DNA of 63,522 bases, filler included, from Asterionella formosa (lineage: Eukaryota): the NCBI GenBank assembly GCA_002256025.1. It is 5 parts of 5 records of this genome, joined end to end, with 100 filler letters (N's around TTAATTAATTAA, not from the genome) between each part and the next. Parts side by side here need not be neighbours in the genome. Positions count along the whole stretch, not along the records: positions 50,912 to 63,522 come from NKIB01007376.1; 4 more parts are not named here. The stretch is one strand, 5' to 3'. A program made the translations under genes and the position numbers. Positions 59,109 through 63,522 of the stretch are shown here, one piece after another; positions within the stretch are counted from its first letter, which is position 1; each line of letters begins with the position of its first letter. The notes under the pieces were generated by a model. That model saw only the letters and a program-made list of their open reading frames with translations, had not been told where the DNA came from and ran no database searches.

Positions 59109-60057
59109 TTACTCGGTAATCTCACCACAGTTTTTGACTACAACAGGCTTGGACGTCCTTCCGGATTGGGAACCAACGGACTCAATCTTGTCAACGACGT
59201 CAAGTCCATCAATGACACTTCCAAACACCACGTGCTTTCCATTGAGCCAAGGGGTATCCACAGTGCAGATAAAGAACTGGCCTCCGTTTGAGTTCGGGCC
59301 TGCATTCGCCATGGACAAAATACCCTTTCCGACATGCTTCAACTCAAAATTCTCGTCATTGAAGCGGTCACCGTAGATAGACTTTCCTCCGGTGCCATTG
59401 CCGTTGGTAAAATCTCCTCCTTGGCACATGAACTGGGGAATGACACGGTGGAAAATAGATCCCTTATATCCAAATCCCTTTTCACCTGTGCACAGGGCCC
59501 TGAAGTTTTCAGCAGTTTTTGGAACAACATCAGCACGAAGCTCGAAAGTAATTCTTCCGAGGTCTTCACCGCCTACCTCCATGTCAAAGAATACTATGTT
59601 TTGCAAAGATAAGCAAGGGTTAGAGTTGCAACTATAAGAATTTCATTCCATAGCAACAAAACAGAATGTTAGATAGTACGGTACCGAGGAATGATCATCC
59701 TTTAACATAAGCCTAACGGTGGTTGCAGGAGGTATTGATATCGAATGCATAGCACTTGTAGTATCATATAGAACATGTTACCCGTGTAAGAACTGTATCA
59801 GTGTACCGATAACTGAAAAAGTGACGGTCGGTTCAAAGATTGCATAGAATTTTCCGTGAAATCCAATTACCGGTATGACGTCAGTGCGAGAGTCCACCAA
59901 TCAACTCACCCTTTGGGTTTCCAGCCATCATCGAAACAGTCGAACGAGAATAAGTTCTCTTGGCAACTCCAAAGGCAACAGAGCCCTTGTTGGGCGCGAA
60001 AGCGGCAGCTCGGGAAACTGCGAGGAAAGCCGTAGTCAACATGGTAGCAACCTTCAT
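59109..60057 (-). CDS. Cyclophilin-type PPIase with bipartite plastid leader, 2 exons
   Basis: Exon 1 (60057-59910) [22 protein letters not shown]...MMAGNPK splices across intron 59909-59594 to VFFDM...[15 protein letters not shown]...[10 protein letters not shown]. Confidence 0.92.
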
Positions 60058-60631
60058 TGAAACAGTGAAAAGATGACAAGATTGTGAATCAACAGTTGAT
60101 GGACTAAAATCTCCTTGTCTACATGATAATAGCAGATGTAGAAATAGGATCCTTTCTCCAGAGAAGGTCCGGTAATCGAGATATTTAGCTTAATCTTTTC
60201 CTAAGTAAAAAAGTGTTTTACCGGACCTTCCCAGGCGAAAGAGGGAGCGAAGAAGATGATGGCACTGATGGACGGTCTGACGCTAGAATTGAATTTAGCT
60301 AACTTTTGCTTGCTATTATACTCATATAGGTATACATATGTGCTGAACAGTAGCGGTATTTCATGATAAATTACGCAATATTTTTCATAATGGAAGATGT
60401 ATAACCGGTGACTATGATTTGAGGATCAAACCAAGTTTCTGCCAAGAACGACAGAACAAATAACCTTGGGACCTAAGAAAGCTTTTCTCTGGGTACTCCA
60501 ACCAGGCGGACTGGAATAACAGGTGCTACCATAAAACCTTTTTATCTCCGAAAGAAGTATAGGTACTAATTGCCATCATTCTGGATAGCATTACCATTAA
60601 CTGAATACGTCGGCCTATGATACAAATGCAA

Positions 60632-61339
60632 CTAAAATGCAAATGCACTCTTTTCCTTCGCAGCTGTACTCTCCTGGTAGGAGGGCAAGTTCAAATCAAC
60701 AATGGTGATTTTTTCCTGTTTCTTTTCCTCAATTAATTCAGCAGCAGATTTGCGAGGAGCTTCCACCTTCATTTTCTTTGCCGGCTTGTTGGCCGAGACA
60801 GACATGGGTCCCTTTTTTGACATGGACGGGAGGAACCCGCTTGCAAAAGACCCTCCTTCTTTTGCCGGCGCTTTCGCCTTTGTCACTTTTTCTGGTTTCA
60901 CTTCTTCCTGTTCCAGGGGTTCAACAGCAAGTCCATCAACATTTGATATGCTAGCTTTGTAGTTTGAAATCTTGTCGTACGATGGCATTGAAAAGTCCAG
61001 AGTCTTGATAGCTTCAGAAACTTGAAGACTAGAGGATGACTGGAAGGCTAAAAGATTTCGAGATGTTAGATATCTTGGTATTGCACTCATGGCAATTTAT
61101 TTTCTTTCCTTACCTAATGACGAAGCTGCCGAGGCAGTTGGAACATAAAATGTCAAAACTGTTCCTAGTACTAGGATTCCAAAAGCTTGAGTGAAGTCAG
61201 GCAGAATATCATTATTCATGCTTTTTCGCGTCATTTTCAAGGAAGTAAAAGGCGCGTTACCCTGATTATGAAAGGTGGAAAACGCATTCGCAACGCCCAC
61301 TGTCAACAGGAAGGCAGCAAAAAGTCGTGGATACATCAT
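60632..61339 (-). CDS. Plastid (probably lumenal) protein of unknown function, 2 exons
   Basis: Signal ending ANA-F, then a second hydrophobic stretch ending ASA. Intron 61113-61048 keeps the frame. Repeated DFSMPSY/DLNLPSY motif. Confidence 0.72.
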
Positions 61340-62208
61340 GGTGACGGTAATGATTTGAATGCCATTTTGGACCTCCGATTCTAGTCCGGGGCGTTGTCAA
61401 AAGATTTTTTGACACCCTTCAATTAGATGACGTCACAGGTAAGCTTTCCTCAGCCGCAAGCGACGAAAAGAGGATGCACAAGGTTCGTGCCTCGGTGGTA
61501 AGAAAGGCACTTGCTAAAAAATAACAAAAACCATCATACATAGCTCGTACCAGGTACTGGCACCCTATGCCCTACCCTCGTAGTACCTGTTACCAGGTAC
61601 CAGGTGCTCGGAGTGGTACCAGGTACCAGGGACGAGGGAGTATTGGTACAAGGCACCTTTTACCAGGTACCTGTTTCCCGGTATACCTGGTACCAGGTAC
61701 CGAATACCCGTATATAACAAGTCGTCCATACATGAATAATATTGGCTTGAATGCTGATTACTATAGGATACTCCGCTCCACCATTGTATTTTTTGAATTC
61801 ATAGTATAAAGGAATGCGATCTGGAGCTTCATTATGTAGTGCTTGTAGGCATTTTGCTTGAAGAAACACTTTTCATCAGTCATTAAATACAATTTGCTGA
61901 AAAATCTGTGAATAATTACAAAATGCAGGAACTGCAGGAACGGATATTGCCAGCATACCTAACATTGATACAAATGGTATTGTTAGCAAGTTACATCAAC
62001 CTAGCGTTATCGTTGTTTCCCCAGTTGAAGCTGCGAACAACAATCGTGATCCGTCTTTTTCTAGGCAATCGGAATTCTTTGCACAAATTGGTACGCTGTT
62101 GTCGACTTCCAACGCATTTGATGTCACAGTTTACATTCTGGCAGTTTCATTGTGCATTCTTCGTTCCTTCCCCCTTGCACGCATCCAAAACTCAGGAAAC
62201 TAGATGAA

Positions 62209-62907
62209 TCACGACAAAAGTCGACCATCTATACTTGTAACAGATACAATAGTTGATCCATCGGAGGCTGTGTTGGGCATAACACAAAGCTCAATTCCGT
62301 CGACATCGAAATCCTGGAGAAATTGCCATTGACCAACACTGGCAGATGGCATGCAGCCTTCCTTGCCTTCGAAAATGGGTTCGGATAGTTTTGGACTTGA
62401 GTTGAGTCTCAGTGTTCGCCGAGTGGTTTTATTCATTTCAGCTCTTTTTCGAACGCTTGTGTCGTTTCGTTTGATCCATCGAACAAGTCGGACAGAAGTG
62501 TCCTGTTCTTGATCCGTCACTTCGTTCCTAAAACGCGTGTGAGAAGGTCCCATTTACACTCATTAGAGGGGCGTATTTTAAGCACACACTCACCATGATG
62601 AAAACTCATCGTATTCGAATCCGTTTGATTCGTCGTTGTGGCAAGTTTCGTTGCCGGAAGTCACAAATAGACGGGAGACAACCTTTCTCGCTGTCTTCCG
62701 AGTCCAATACCACCAGAATGCAACAACTACTGGCACAAGTAGGCAATTGTAGGAAATCAGCACTTTGGGAGGTACATTTTTCTTTCCATTCATGATCCTT
62801 GGGACTTCGTCATGCTGTGGCGTTCTTGGTACTACCGGCACTGTATTCAAGCTGATGGATTCGGCACCACTGAACCCCACCGACCGCTTGCTGGACGGGC
62901 CTTGCAT
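62209..62907 (-). CDS. Hypothetical single-pass membrane protein, 2 exons
   Basis: ORFs 62590-62937 and 62209-62553 join in frame through a GTGAGT...TTTAG intron (~62593-62528). One hydrophobic segment; start uncertain. Confidence 0.5.
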
Positions 62908-63522
62908 CCTCCCTTTCGAGGAACACAAATGGGACAAGAACTGCTGTTTTATGAAGCGAGCAAGCAGCCAGTTAGAAACTAGGATGTCGTAAGGTTGAGA
63001 ACAATCATCAACATTTGTTTCGAAATGCCCATGTCAAAAGAGAAATGCATTCATTCTTGTTCTTGCAGGCAATGCAAGATTGTGGATGTTAGAAGTACTG
63101 TACATAACAGCCAGCGCACACTGCCTATATACAGTATTGTTACAATGCGTTAATGCTGTACGTTTGCCGTAGGAAGTACATACAAACATAGTAAAGGTAG
63201 GCCTTGGCAGTCTTCTACTGAGGACAGAAAATAACTGCAAGGTACCTGGTACCTGGTGAAGTATCTAACTAGAAGTAGTAGTATTTGTTGAATATATGAG
63301 CTTATTTGTTAATCCTTGTGTGTAACTCGTTCTCCAAGTCGACACCAAAGTATACAATGAGGGTTAGTCGAGTTCTCTCATTATTGAGTTCTTATACATA
63401 TATGATATAACACTAACCCTATATACATCTGTATTGATGCGCAAGATCGCTCACTCTCCCACACCAAGGGAAAACCTTTTACCTTTGAAAAGGTTTGATG
63501 TAATGGATATTAATTCAGTCCG

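Noticed and set aside
59594..59909. snoRNA in the long cyclophilin intron
   Set aside because: No properly ordered C/D boxes or H/ACA hairpins seen on the sense strand.

Overview
Eukaryotic nuclear DNA, most likely from a diatom, judged from the bipartite plastid leaders, short GT-AG introns and diatom-type copia elements. The window is not contiguous. It is five size-sorted scaffolds (1-12643, 12744-25374, 25475-38097, 38198-50811, 50912-63522) joined by artificial 100-bp N-TTAATTAATTAA-N linkers, so no linkage can be inferred across them. Scaffold 1 holds tRNA-Glu(CTC), a NECAP-like gene, the Polycomb EED/ESC gene, a tRNA-derived SINE with a 19-bp target-site duplication, and nested decayed copia and TIR elements. 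Scaffold 2 is almost all decayed transposon DNA: a Plavaka/CACTA-like transposase remnant, a Ulp1-like protease remnant and shared TIR ends. It also contains a ~220-nt rod-like RNA structure that I cannot assign. Scaffolds 3-5 are gene-rich: two L-LDH paralogues around TAF8, adenylate kinase, FKBP, an RPA34-like subunit, Cys-rich secreted proteins, ankyrin, RPS30, bestrophin-like and MscS channels, an LRR protein, DBP10/DDX54, an HA-repeat protein and a cyclophilin. The strongest novelty candidates are the SINE, the TIR transposon family with its cargo genes, the structured RNA, the probable mitochondrial/cytosolic LDH pair and the palindromic CCTGGTACCAGG arrays found upstream of genes. All family calls come from reading motifs by eye; no searches were run.
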